From assembly GCF_001194135.2 (NCBI RefSeq), contig NC_068985.1:121350597-121387128 (forward strand): a DNA stretch of 36,532 bases. Direction: 5' to 3'. The notes beneath the pieces were generated by a model. It had not been told where the DNA came from. It did no database searches and worked only from the letters and a program-made list of their open reading frames with translations. A program made the translations under genes and the position numbers. Of the stretch, positions 35,873-36,532 are shown one piece after another (within the stretch, counting starts at the first letter, position 1; every line of letters begins with the position of its first letter). The stretch is from Octopus bimaculoides. Taxonomy: Eukaryota.

Positions 35873-36532
35873 TCTATTATATAAAAATCAAGGTCTTTAT
35901 GTGTGTTCGTGTGTTACTTATACATTCAAAAACTACTGCACCGATCCTAATGAAATTTGGAGCACAAAATCCAAGCCTAGGGAGAAGGGTAATGCTGTGT
36001 GTTTCATACAATTTCATGGACCAAAATTACTGAATGGATCTTTATGATATTTGGAATTTAGATTCAATGCACAAGGGCAGGTATAATGCAGTATGTTTGG
36101 TTTGAATTTGAGATAGTTTAAAGGGGACAGAACTCCCATGAAAATTCATAAATTTTCGATGTTGATGAAATTTCAACCATGGGTAATTGACACACATCAA
36201 GATGTATTCTCAAACTTTCCACTTCTCATGAGGATTCTAAGACTCCTTAATGGGGGCCTTAACTCCCAAATTTTAGTCATTTTTTTATGATCCAAAACTA
36301 GGTCAAAAGTACTGAATGGATCTTTATGAAATTTGGTAATTATATTCTATGCATAAGGGTCATAACCACCATGAAAATTCATATATTTTTGATGTTGATG
36401 AAATTTTAACCATAGATATTAGACACAAATGAAGTAATATTTCTAAAATTTCATCTTCTTAGAAGTTAGAAAGACCTCTTCATTAGGACTTAACACCTAC
36501 AATTTAGTCATTTTATCTAAGCAAAGACGAAT
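35873..36532 (+). mobile_element. Non-autonomous Helitron-like element with internal tandem duplication; runs off the window
   Basis: Starts A|TCTATTATATAAAA, then a short (GT) tract and AAAACTACTGCACCGATCCTAATGAAATTTGG. Internal repeat units at about 36020-36290 and 36300-36515. The 3' hairpin/CTRR end is not in the window. Confidence 0.55.

Overview
AT-rich, microsatellite-dense eukaryotic draft-genome DNA with about 7.2 kb (~20%) of N gaps. The SINE/LINE repertoire suggests a cephalopod, most likely Octopus; this is inferred, not searched. One protein-coding gene is supported, on the + strand. It has two exons (729-1271 and 3840-4687, GT-AG intron, matching phase 1) and is probably 5'-incomplete. 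It encodes an ENDOD1-like protein of the DNA/RNA non-specific endonuclease (His-Me finger) family. The protein has a remodelled active site, a ~65-aa Ser/Thr-rich insertion inside the nuclease domain and an unexplained Cys-containing N-terminal extension. The rest is intergenic or intronic repeat sequence: tRNA-derived SINEs (some with target-site duplications, some chimeric), decayed CRE, R4/Dong, CR1/L2 and RTE LINE fragments, an internally deleted mariner, Helitron-like elements, and an unexplained 136-bp, 97%-identical inverted repeat pair (18587-19639). Nearly all other ORFs in the track are artefacts of microsatellites or N runs. No wholly new system can be claimed from the sequence alone. 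The best leads are the divergent nuclease-fold protein and the long inverted repeat.
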